IMG/VR virus record: IMGVR_UViG_3300036944_000990
Coordinates: 42,807 to 106,806 of that record
DNA length: 64,000 nucleotides
Strand: one strand, 5' to 3'
DNA from: a virus
In this document: one piece after another, positions 20,204 through 28,806 of the stretch
How the letters are laid out: each line of letters begins with the position of its first letter
Position numbering within the stretch: the first letter of the stretch is position 1
The notes under the pieces: generated by a model
The model's input: only the letters and a program-made list of their open reading frames with translations
Told to the model about the DNA's origin: nothing
Database searches by the model: none
Program-made: the position numbers and the translations under genes

Positions 20204-21736
20204 ATGGACTTCAATATTTTGCTGGTTCAGGTGATTACCCTTTTGTATCGGGAAAGTCAGCTGGACAACCGGACGAGTAACTCTGCCGAATTGGCGAATA
20301 CCGTCGTAGGTACCATCAAGCTTCCTGACACCACCGTAGAGATGGATCGTAGTCGCGATACCTTGGTCTCTCTGCGCAGCACAGCCTTGTGGATGATCGG
20401 CAACCCGCCGACACAGGACTACGATCGCGGAATGCTGCTTCAAAGGATACGTGTAAACGTTGGTGATGACGAGTATCTCTACCAAGCTGTGGAGATGGCC
20501 ACACAAGACCTTCCTGACATCGGTGCTGTTAAGAAGGCAGTGCTCGAATACCGTGCTTCGCTGAACTCGTATGTCAACCTGGCAGCGGTTGAGGAAATCC
20601 TCAAGAACAACTACCACAAGCTTGCTTTTCATCGCGGTGCCATTGGACGAGACTTCGTAGGCGAGATTGTCACGGCCCTCGAACCTTACCAAGCCGGTAC
20701 AGGTGCTATTGCTAACCCTGCCATCGTTGGTGAAGCCGACCTTGATGACATGGAGAAGGTACTGTCTCTGTTGGAACAGTCGCGTGATGAACTGTCCAAC
20801 GAAGGTATCCTCAAAACCGGTTGGCAAGCGATCAACCGGATGTTTGGTGATCAGGACGGTGCACGGCGCGGTGAGCAGATTCTGGTAGGTGCACTCCAGC
20901 ACAACTACAAAACAGGTTTTACCCTGAACCTGTTTAAGCACTTCTGTATCTACAATAAACCGTACATGCGTGACCCTTCCAAGAAACCGATGGGTGTGCA
21001 CATCTCGGCTGAGAACAACCTCAACGACAACATCATGCAGCTCTACGTCTCGCTTCGTGAGAACGAAACCAAAGAGCCGGTGGTGTTGCGTGAGGTGGAT
21101 ATCGACTATGCCTCCAAGTACGTTAAGGAAAAGCTCCAGGAGACGGGTTACTCCATCCGGATGCTTCGGGTAGACCCCAGCCTTTTCACGTACCGGGACT
21201 ACATGGACTTGATCACTCGCTACGAGTCCGAAGGCTACGAAATCCACTTCTGTGTGTTCGACTACCTGAACATGATCAACAAGAAGGGTTGTCAGCAAGG
21301 CCCGCACGGTTTTGAAACACGTGATCTGTTCCGGAGGATGCGTAACTTCAATACCCCACGAGGCATCACCTATATCACACCACACCAGTTGTCGACTCAA
21401 GCCAAAGAACTCGTACGTTCCAACATCGAGAACTTTGTCCAAGAGATTGCCAACAAAGGTTACTACGACTCCTGCCGGACGATCGACCAAGAAGTGGATA
21501 TGGAGATTGCGATCCACATCGAGAAGATGAATGGTAAGAGCTACCTGACTGTACAGCGAGGTAAGCACAGAAAGTTGGGGGTGACTAAGAACGAACACCT
21601 TTACACTGTACTTAAGTTTGAACCTGTAGGGGGAGGAATACCCGACGACATTAATGGACCCGATATGTCTCTAAGAGCAGTTGGCGGAAGCGCCGTATCT
21701 TCAAGCGAACAGACTGACACTTGGTGGGCTAACTAA
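20204..21736 (+). CDS. dnaB: Replicative DnaB-like helicase (phiKZ gp118-like)
   Basis: LKTGWQAINRMFG, variant Walker A GALQHNYKTG, Walker B CVFDYLNM, TPHQLS, QRGKHR. Confidence 0.85.
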   Translation: MDFNILLVQVITLLYRESQLDNRTSNSAELANTVVGTIKLPDTTVEMDRSRDTLVSLRSTALWMIGNPPTQDYDRGMLLQRIRVNVGDDEYLYQAVEMATQDLPDIGAVKKAVLEYRASLNSYVNLAAVEEILKNNYHKLAFHRGAIGRDFVGEIVTALEPYQAGTGAIANPAIVGEADLDDMEKVLSLLEQSRDELSNEGILKTGWQAINRMFGDQDGARRGEQILVGALQHNYKTGFTLNLFKHFCIYNKPYMRDPSKKPMGVHISAENNLNDNIMQLYVSLRENETKEPVVLREVDIDYASKYVKEKLQETGYSIRMLRVDPSLFTYRDYMDLITRYESEGYEIHFCVFDYLNMINKKGCQQGPHGFETRDLFRRMRNFNTPRGITYITPHQLSTQAKELVRSNIENFVQEIANKGYYDSCRTIDQEVDMEIAIHIEKMNGKSYLTVQRGKHRKLGVTKNEHLYTVLKFEPVGGGIPDDINGPDMSLRAVGGSAVSSSEQTDTWWAN

Positions 21737-21740
21737 AGTC

Positions 21741-21790
21741 GGCATAAACGAGGTCTTCCCCTTCGGGGGAAGCCTCACCCTTTTATGACC
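21741..21790. terminator. Terminator after dnaB
   Basis: GAGG(T)CTTCCCC-TTCG-GGGGAAGCCTC followed by CTTTTATG. Confidence 0.7.
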
Positions 21791-21814
21791 TCTGTATTCT
21801 AGGCGGCATAAAAG

Positions 21815-22075
21815 TTATTCCGACCACTAAGCCTACGGGTGCACTCCGCGCTTAGTGGTCGGTCTAACCCCGTCACCTAACAACACCCGCGCACAAAAGC
21901 TGGGTATAGGCTTGACGGCTGCTCACTGACTTGACGGGTCAGAAGCGTTCTCGTTCGTCCCCTGAGTGTCAATTCAGGGCACACGTTAAGCGCTCTTAGG
22001 CGCTGAAAGGGCTTTCGTAACCCTCACCACCTGCACGATGAGTCAGTGATGGAGCGTATCTTTAACACTCATTAA
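21815..22075. ncRNA. Candidate structured non-coding RNA (part 1)
   Basis: No credible ORF; 13-bp stem CCGACCACTAAGC/GCTTAGTGGTCGG plus further hairpins. Strand unresolved. Confidence 0.3.
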
Positions 22076-22134
22076 AAACCCCACAAAAGTAATTTTTTAC
22101 AGAATTGGGTAAAAGTATACTTTTTTTGACCATT

Positions 22135-22690
22135 AGTTTGAGAGTAATGTACTCTCTTCACTTAAGGTACCCCCAGTACCATAACCTAATCAAGCTTCGT
22201 GCTTGCGTATCGGACTAACCACTGTGAATAATCACAACGTCCTGAACGGGTGTGACTGTCGCCAGCAGTCACCAAAGACCCCGTTTGAAACTGGTTTAGC
22301 TCGTAACACCGTAACACCCTTCACTGTCGCTGATCGTCAGCAAACCTCTCACGAGGGTTTTCTCAGTGTCGCGTTGTTCCTCTTGATCGGCGATCTTTCT
22401 AATAGAACCGTTCAGTGTGGGAAAACTGCAATTCATCGCGGTTTGGTAACTTTGTTGTTTAAGACAAAGCCTCTCTTTAAAGTTCTCTCCAACCAGAACT
22501 TTAGTCGGGTTTTTAAAAGTGTTCAGTTGGGCGTTGGCCGCAAGTCGCGTGTACTCTCTACACCTATTGTCGCAGCGTTCTACGCAGGTTCTTATTGTGA
22601 ATACCTCACAACGAGTACCAACCGGTAACGATAGCGCCCCTGCCACAGGGCCACCCTTAGGAGGACTCCCGTGTAGGGAGCCTCCAAGGG
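22135..22690. ncRNA. Candidate structured non-coding RNA (part 2)
   Basis: At least 10 consecutive stem-loops visible by eye, ending in a long hairpin followed by TTATGCCGC. Strand unresolved. Confidence 0.35.
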
Positions 22691-22703
22691 ATCGTTATGC
22701 CGC

Positions 22704-23090
22704 TTATTTTCCAAAGCCTTTTATGCCGGCAGAGCTAAAGAGCCGTTTGGTACTGTAGTAACCAAAAGCTCGACCACTGTACCCGTGGCTTTTTGGCAGT
22801 GAGACTTCCACCACCATCAGTCCTTGATCGTCAAAACGACGTTCAAGCATCTCCCCTAAGCTGACAATGAAGTCGACTTCGCGGTGTTTGAGTTCAGAGA
22901 ACAGGCTGTCACTGACATACAAGCAAAAGCGTTGGCGGTAGTATTGACTGTCATTCTTCACCCGGTAGGTGACATAACCACTACAGCTCTTCTCAATGTC
23001 ATCCTCAATATCAGCGATGGGCATGAAAATCGTGTTAGGTAATACTTGAATAACATCGCCGTTCTCCACCATAGCGTCCAATGTAATCAT
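22704..23090 (-). CDS. Hypothetical protein
   Basis: 128-aa ORF collinear with upstream genes. Confidence 0.6.
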   Translation of the reverse strand: MITLDAMVENGDVIQVLPNTIFMPIADIEDDIEKSCSGYVTYRVKNDSQYYRQRFCLYVSDSLFSELKHREVDFIVSLGEMLERRFDDQGLMVVEVSLPKSHGYSGRAFGYYSTKRLFSSAGIKGFGK

Positions 23091-23125
23091 CTACTACACC
23101 TCGGATTACGTGACTGGTGCTGTGG

Positions 23126-23647
23126 CTAAAGGACAGTCTTAAGGACAAACCCATCGAAGAAGTTTTTAAGCACGATTGGATCAGTTTGAAGGTGTACTTT
23201 AGCAGCGCTAGGTTTAGTGAATCTTCCGCCGGTGAAGGTCCGGTGTAGATCCACGCCACCTCGAATTAATGTGAGTTTCCACTTAGCCACTTTTAGTACT
23301 TGTAAAGCTTCGTAGAAAATGGAGTCGACTCGTGCCCGGCTGATCACCTTCGGTCCGGTCGGAGTCATGAGTTCTGGTTTCTCACACAGTTTGTCGTGTA
23401 AGGCTACCGCTTGGTCGTATTCACCGTGACGCGGTAAGAGTGACCAGACAATGCGTGGGATATCGGCTCCATTGGTCAGAAAACCCAATTCGACGTCAAC
23501 CCATTCGTCACTGCCCTTAGTACCCACATAATACCGGAATGGTACACACACCCGCCAGAAATCTCCGGCCAGTATGAAACTTGCATTCTCGTCATAGGCA
23601 AACGCCGTGCGGTTACTCAGATTGGTGAATCCAACAAAAGTATCCAT
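23126..23647 (-). CDS. DUF1353 family protein
   Basis: GFLTNGADIPRIVW...P..GEYDQAVALHD...R..VDSIF..AL. Start moved past the terminator. Confidence 0.75.
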   Translation of the reverse strand: MDTFVGFTNLSNRTAFAYDENASFILAGDFWRVCVPFRYYVGTKGSDEWVDVELGFLTNGADIPRIVWSLLPRHGEYDQAVALHDKLCEKPELMTPTGPKVISRARVDSIFYEALQVLKVAKWKLTLIRGGVDLHRTFTGGRFTKPSAAKVHLQTDPIVLKNFFDGFVLKTVL

Positions 23648-23748
23648 AAGCTTCCTTGTGAAGGCTAACGAAAAAAAAAAAGGACGAGGCCCTCTCATAA
23701 AATAGGCGGCATAGACGGGGCCGTAGCCCCGTCTAAACCAAGTAGCAA

Positions 23749-23886
23749 CTATTTCGCCAAGAGGTACAACCAATACCCAAGGTTCGCTAGCAGGAATGCG
23801 CAGTTACCCACCAGAAAGTTCCGGTCGGCTAGAAAGGCCCTACGACGCTCCTGTTGCAGCACCAGCGCTCTGTCGAACACTACCAT
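23749..23886 (-). CDS. Small 45-aa protein, absent from the ORF track
   Basis: TAAGGAGTAAGCC-ATG; MVVFDRALVLQQERRRAFLADRNFLVGNCAFLLANLGYWLYLLAK. Confidence 0.6.
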   Translation of the reverse strand: MVVFDRALVLQQERRRAFLADRNFLVGNCAFLLANLGYWLYLLAK

Positions 23887-23909
23887 GGCTTACTCCTTAA
23901 ACGCCTTGC

Positions 23910-24578
23910 TTAGACCAATCCAAAGGCGTTGTGTAGACGTTTGATCATCACACGGCCATCGTCCGCATGCTGTTCTTCGGTTTCCACTTGGATGGAGGTG
24001 ATGTACCGCGAGGGTACTACGAAACGACCTTTGTCATCGCGTGGGAAGAACTGTACAACATACTCGTTCTCCAGTTGATCAGTGACCATGTCGGCCGAAA
24101 GGACGTGGAACTGTTTCTGATCCCCGTACGCACGTAACGTGAGGTTTTCCAACCACCCCTCTTTACATTCGTCATCGGCGTAGTACCGAGGGAACTCGAT
24201 ATCGCGGGTCATGTTGGTGATGCGTACCGGCTGGTACTCACGCTTCATGAACTCTCGCACCAGGTTCAGGTTGTGTTCATCGTTGGCGAACATCCCGAAG
24301 GTATTGAAGCGACTGCCCAACACCAACAGAATCACCCGACGGCGAAACGTTTTGCGTTCAGGGTCAAAGGTGGAGATGGGGGAGAAGCGTTCTTTGAAAG
24401 CTTCTTCGGTGTTGTAAAAGAGCGTGCCGCGCACACTGTCGAACGATTCGGTCAACAGGGAATACACCACCTGCTTTTGCGAACAGTCATCGGCGTGACT
24501 GGCCACCCCATGAAACATCACCGGAAAGCCGCTGCCGCTGATGTAGATGGTGCTCGTGATTGGGTTGTGGTCAAGCAT
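23910..24578 (-). CDS. Hypothetical protein
   Basis: Start overlaps the upstream stop (ATGCTTGA). Confidence 0.6.
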   Translation of the reverse strand: MLDHNPITSTIYISGSGFPVMFHGVASHADDCSQKQVVYSLLTESFDSVRGTLFYNTEEAFKERFSPISTFDPERKTFRRRVILLVLGSRFNTFGMFANDEHNLNLVREFMKREYQPVRITNMTRDIEFPRYYADDECKEGWLENLTLRAYGDQKQFHVLSADMVTDQLENEYVVQFFPRDDKGRFVVPSRYITSIQVETEEQHADDGRVMIKRLHNAFGLV

Positions 24579-24936
24579 TGATACTGTTCTCCAAAACAAC
24601 GTAGCCAACGGTTCCGTTGGTCAGGTGATATTCCTGAAGCACCATGCCTTTCCACGGCACCTGCTGACCGACCTTAGCCCCTTCGAACAGGTTCTCAGCC
24701 GAGTTGGTCAACATCCGGACACTGCCGAGATGGCCGACGTGGTTGTTCAGCTCTTCGAGGGATTCGGTTGTAGCGTTGATGCGACACCCTTTGACATTGA
24801 AGTAGACGATGCCGCCGGATGCTTTACCGACCCCGACTGTGGTCCGCTTAGGGTGGAAGGTGTTAAAGTCCACACCCTCGATCACGCCCAGCTTCTTCCC
24901 CAACCCCAGTTTTTTGAAAGTCATAAAGCTACCCAT
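24571..24936 (-). CDS. Hypothetical protein
   Basis: AAGGAG RBS; follows the DHFR gene by 3 nt. Confidence 0.6.
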   Translation of the reverse strand: MGSFMTFKKLGLGKKLGVIEGVDFNTFHPKRTTVGVGKASGGIVYFNVKGCRINATTESLEELNNHVGHLGSVRMLTNSAENLFEGAKVGQQVPWKGMVLQEYHLTNGTVGYVVLENSINA

Positions 24937-24939
24937 GTC

Positions 24940-25443
24940 TTACGCTCCTTGCTTTTTGTAGTGTTTAGTGACGACCTTTACCCCGTGCTCCCATTCCGTA
25001 AATGTCATGGGGCCCACATACCCGTCAAGGGGTGGGGTGTAGTAAGTATCGCCTTCGTAATCCTCATCGATGTGGGTGATGAGGTACTCGTCTACGCCGT
25101 AGGTGTCGGCAGTTTCGTAGAGTTGTTTTCCACCTATGACGTAAACAAAACCCGTTTCAGAAACACTTTTGGCAAAGGCCAGTGCTTCTGGGTACGTGTT
25201 GAAAACCCGAAGAGATTCATCTGTGGGCAGATTCAAAGAGCGTGTGACGACGATGTTGAGGCGGCCGGGTAGCGGCTTGCCGAGGCTCTTCCACGTATTG
25301 GCACCCATGAGGATCGGGCTGCCCATGGTGGTCTGGCGAAAGTACTGCATGTCGCACTTGAACCGGGGCCATGGCAAAGCGTTTTCCTTGCCAATAACTC
25401 CATTGCGAGCGATTGCAACGATTGAGCGAACTTTGACTGTCAT
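24940..25443 (-). CDS. folA: Dihydrofolate reductase
   Basis: IVAIARNGVIGKENALPW...DMQYFRQTTMGSPILMGANTWKSLGKPLPGRLNIV, VIGGKQLY, GDTY. Confidence 0.95.
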   Translation of the reverse strand: MTVKVRSIVAIARNGVIGKENALPWPRFKCDMQYFRQTTMGSPILMGANTWKSLGKPLPGRLNIVVTRSLNLPTDESLRVFNTYPEALAFAKSVSETGFVYVIGGKQLYETADTYGVDEYLITHIDEDYEGDTYYTPPLDGYVGPMTFTEWEHGVKVVTKHYKKQGA

Positions 25444-25774
25444 TCGATGACTTCCTAGTTTGTACCGCAACTAAAGTGACTTGGCGACGCGCAAGGGCCG
25501 CGCACACCCACTCCAACTCGATCCAGGAGATGCCTGAGACATCTAACCCGTAACGCGGGGAGTGTTGAGCAGTTGGTTGTTTTATCCCTTCCAAGGTCAA
25601 CAGGGCTATACATCCTTGTAGCCTCTGGAAGTGGTCCAGCATTTTACTTGCAGCGATTTCCAGCGGAACGTACCGCGCTCCGCTATTGCAGTAGAAGCGT
25701 AACTTCAACGTCGGGAAATACGCCAGAAATACCGAAAGCTGCTCAGAGTTGAGCGACGGCAGTTTCATCCCCAA
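25217..25774 (-). CDS. Hypothetical protein whose 3' part overlaps the DHFR gene
   Basis: The first ~105 codons fill the gap between genes; the remainder runs over folA in another frame. Confidence 0.35.
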   Translation of the reverse strand: MGMKLPSLNSEQLSVFLAYFPTLKLRFYCNSGARYVPLEIAASKMLDHFQRLQGCIALLTLEGIKQPTAQHSPRYGLDVSGISWIELEWVCAALARRQVTLVAVQTRKSSNDSQSSLNRCNRSQWSYWQGKRFAMAPVQVRHAVLSPDHHGQPDPHGCQYVEEPRQAATRPPQHRRHTLFESAHR

Positions 25775-26366
25775 GACGACTTCTCCTTGCTGCTTGTTGA
25801 GCAGCCAATTCGTTGTGTGTGAAAGTTGCTTCTAAGACCTCACCCTCCCCAGGGTAATACAACAGGTCTTTGTAAGGAACCGGTCCACCGATGTTTTTGA
25901 TTGCCCACCAACGAGGGATGCCTTTAAAACCCCAGTTACCGAACATCAAGAACTCCGCCTCGATGTTGTCTACAATGCGGTGATGCCAGATCAACCAAAA
26001 GAGCGCAGCGGTGTAGATTTCAGTTTCGTTCTCGTGGGCCCACAACAGGTCTTCTTCGGTTTCGTAGGTGACGTCAATGCCCCACACTACACCGTTGTGG
26101 ATGACCATCCCCATTACACCCGCATCGCCCAGCTTACGAGCAGGGAGTGCGTAATACAGATAGTCGTCAATGTAATTGTCAAGTTTACGGGAGGCTGACT
26201 CGACATTGCGGTCGAGAATACATTTTTTGATAAAGCCTTGGGCCACTTCAGGTTTGACCTTGACTTTACCTTTGTACATGTCAACCGCTTTTTTATACAT
26301 CGCTTTCTTACCATGGTTGATCTCAATCAACTTCAGAATCAAAAAAGCATCCAAGTCATGATACAT
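25743..26366 (-). CDS. Hypothetical protein
   Basis: 207-aa ORF with AAGG RBS. Confidence 0.6.
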   Translation of the reverse strand: MYHDLDAFLILKLIEINHGKKAMYKKAVDMYKGKVKVKPEVAQGFIKKCILDRNVESASRKLDNYIDDYLYYALPARKLGDAGVMGMVIHNGVVWGIDVTYETEEDLLWAHENETEIYTAALFWLIWHHRIVDNIEAEFLMFGNWGFKGIPRWWAIKNIGGPVPYKDLLYYPGEGEVLEATFTHNELAAQQAARRSRLGDETAVAQL

Positions 26367-26476
26367 AATGCGTATCCTTTCTTCCGTTTAGGAATGTAAG
26401 TTTAAGTGAAACTCTACAGGGCTTAGGCGTGAGCCTAAGACCCTATAGAAAAATGCAGGAATGTTTTTATTTATCG

Positions 26477-27448
26477 TTACAGGCGACCCAAATAGCTATC
26501 GCGGAGAACCTGTATACCCGCGCTATGGGCATGTCCGCCCCCACCCCACTTCTCAGCAATGGTGTTGACCACAATCCCACCTTTCTTCGAACTGATGCGG
26601 TACACGCGTCCCATGGCGGTTTCGTGATAGATCATCACGATGGAGAAGTTGTCTTCCAACGCCCGACCGATTTGGGTGCAGAGGTACTTCGGTGCGTTGA
26701 CCAACGCCACGTCATAGTAGGTGGTGGTGCGACCGTCACCGTTAGGCACCTCCAAGCTCACCACGCGCAAGGTGTTCTCGATGGCCCACTGAACGTGATT
26801 GTCCTCAGTCTCCATCAACAGGCGAGCCTGCTCCATCACGCGCAGATCGGAGGTAAAGCCATCAACCATGTACAGGTTCAGGAAATCGTCCACTGCACGC
26901 ATGCTGGTCAGTTTGGCTTTACAGTACGCTGCAAAGGAGCGGTATTCAGCTTTCTGGGCATCCGGAAGCTGGAGGTCCCACGTCTGTACGCGGTCCAGCA
27001 GGCGCTTGTAGTGACGCATGTCACCAATACGCACACAGGGGAACGCCAGCTCGTCAAACACCAGCTGTGCTCCGCAACGTTCTAGGTCAAAGACTAAGCG
27101 TACGTCAACCCCGTTAAAGTACTCCCCTGAGAGCCCTTCAAACATCCGAACGGCGGTGTCGTGGTGATCGTAGATGTGTACCCCAACAGCTTTCTCAGCG
27201 ATCGCCAAGATGACGTCAGGCTTTGCTGACATGTCGGCAAAGACCACTTGATCGCCAGGCATTACGAAACTCAGCAGTTCGTCCTTGTAGGTCACCGCAT
27301 GGAGTTCGTAGGGTTTACCAATGTACTCGAACACCCGCTTGAGCAAAGCCCCACTGAAGTAACCGTCGGTACAGTCTTTGTGATAAAAGCCCACCATGCG
27401 GGTAATGGCGGGGGCGTCTTTCCAGGCTTGAGTGATTGCGTGTGGCAT
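26477..27448 (-). CDS. DHH/DHHA1 family phosphoesterase (NrnB/nanoRNase-like)
   Basis: HKDCTDG (motif I), FADMS, YDHH, and C-terminal GGGGHAHSAG (DHHA1). Confidence 0.85.
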   Translation of the reverse strand: MPHAITQAWKDAPAITRMVGFYHKDCTDGYFSGALLKRVFEYIGKPYELHAVTYKDELLSFVMPGDQVVFADMSAKPDVILAIAEKAVGVHIYDHHDTAVRMFEGLSGEYFNGVDVRLVFDLERCGAQLVFDELAFPCVRIGDMRHYKRLLDRVQTWDLQLPDAQKAEYRSFAAYCKAKLTSMRAVDDFLNLYMVDGFTSDLRVMEQARLLMETEDNHVQWAIENTLRVVSLEVPNGDGRTTTYYDVALVNAPKYLCTQIGRALEDNFSIVMIYHETAMGRVYRISSKKGGIVVNTIAEKWGGGGHAHSAGIQVLRDSYLGRL

Positions 27449-27693
27449 TGTAGAACCTATTAGGTATTAGGGGTTAGGTGTCTCTTACCTAAGTAGATCG
27501 TGTGTTTACGCATGTCTACCTCGGGTAAAAAATAAAAAGGGAGGATAAGGCCTTTGTGTCCTTATCCAACCCCTTGTTAGGTAAAGCAAGAGCAGTGGTA
27601 GTCGTAAGGCAGAATAAACTGCCTTACTCCTTATTCTATCCGAATAAGCTCTCAATCAATAAGAGCTATCAGTAGAAATAAACCCGATAGGGT

Positions 27694-28560
27694 TTAAGCC
27701 TGATGCTTGTAACGCTTAAGGAACATCAGATCCAGCACCTGCATACCCAAGTGCATCTGAGGCGTAGCCTGAATGCCTTCCTCGGTTTCAGTGATCTCAA
27801 CCGGGATAGCTTTCACTTGCATGTGAATCCCATCCTCTTCCATACGAGGACCCATGAAGTACACCTGCTCAGGGCTATCTACCCGTACCACTAGCTCCCC
27901 TTCCTGCAGGTCCTGCCAGCCGTGGTTACGGATGTGATCCATGAGCTTACGGGTGACAGAGTTGACAGGGGTGAGGCCCGGCAAGCGCAGAGTACCGTTA
28001 TGTAGTGCTTCACGCAACACCTGCTCACTGGTGGGTGTTGGTAGGATACGGAACAGGTTAGCATTGCTTAAGTGGTCCAGGTACAATTCCAAGACCCCAT
28101 GATGAAGCACCACCTGACCGGCGATTTGAGCCAGTTCCTTGTCCCGACCTGAGTAGGTCAGGTACTCACCCTCAACCCCAACAAACTTGAAGCTGTCAGT
28201 TAAGACCGTGTCGTGGTAGGTGACTTGGAATTCAATTAGGGCAAACAGCTGCTCGAATAGTTCTGGGTGATCTTTGCCCTGGTAGGTTCCGAGGTGTGGG
28301 TCACGGAGACTGGCCATGCCAAAACCACCGAAGTGCAGACCTGGGAAACGAGGGGTGGGGTACTGACTCAGGAACTGGTGCTTGCGGCAGAAGTATTGTT
28401 GGAACTGGTGATATTGCTTGGACACCACTGTGATGATGTCGATAACGTCCTGCGAATCCAGCTGCACCGATTCGATAGCTGTGGCCAGAACTTCTTCGAG
28501 GCAGACGCCGCTAGACGGGCTATTGATAACGGTGTTGATGTTGAAGGTCTTCTTATCCAT
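27694..28560 (-). CDS. Hypothetical early protein
   Basis: 288-aa ORF with GGAG RBS, downstream of an early-type promoter. Confidence 0.65.
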   Translation of the reverse strand: MDKKTFNINTVINSPSSGVCLEEVLATAIESVQLDSQDVIDIITVVSKQYHQFQQYFCRKHQFLSQYPTPRFPGLHFGGFGMASLRDPHLGTYQGKDHPELFEQLFALIEFQVTYHDTVLTDSFKFVGVEGEYLTYSGRDKELAQIAGQVVLHHGVLELYLDHLSNANLFRILPTPTSEQVLREALHNGTLRLPGLTPVNSVTRKLMDHIRNHGWQDLQEGELVVRVDSPEQVYFMGPRMEEDGIHMQVKAIPVEITETEEGIQATPQMHLGMQVLDLMFLKRYKHQA

Positions 28561-28615
28561 GGTGGTGCTCCATTTAAGTTTAAGGTAAAGGGGTATCGCT
28601 AACTATTGCACTTGG

Positions 28616-28640
28616 ATGATATAGGTTTGAAAATATTTAG
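28616..28640 (-). promoter_or_regulatory. Early-like promoter (TATATCAT variant)
   Basis: Minus strand AAATATTTTCAAACC-TATATCAT. Confidence 0.5.
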
Positions 28641-28806
28641 GTTGGAATAAGAAAAAACACCTTGGACCTAGTGTATGCAAAGTGTCTAATTTCAGGTAAG
28701 GCGGGGCATCCCTGAGGTCCGTAGTCCGGATTGAATTCCGTTGACCCTATGGTATAGTTGGCACAATTTTTTAACCCCCGATTGACTTGAAGAAAAAGGT
28801 TTTCCA

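Noticed and set aside
22200-22520. Group I intron (GACTA/TAGTC P7-like pair), tmRNA or RNase P
   Set aside because: No interrupted gene, no recognisable P/Q/R/S context, no tRNA-like ends and no RNase P conserved boxes.
22203-22646. ORFs 22203..22628 (+) and 22296..22646 (-) as genes
   Set aside because: They overlap each other, lack an RBS and phage-like codon bias, and sit in a hairpin-dense region. Not formally excluded.
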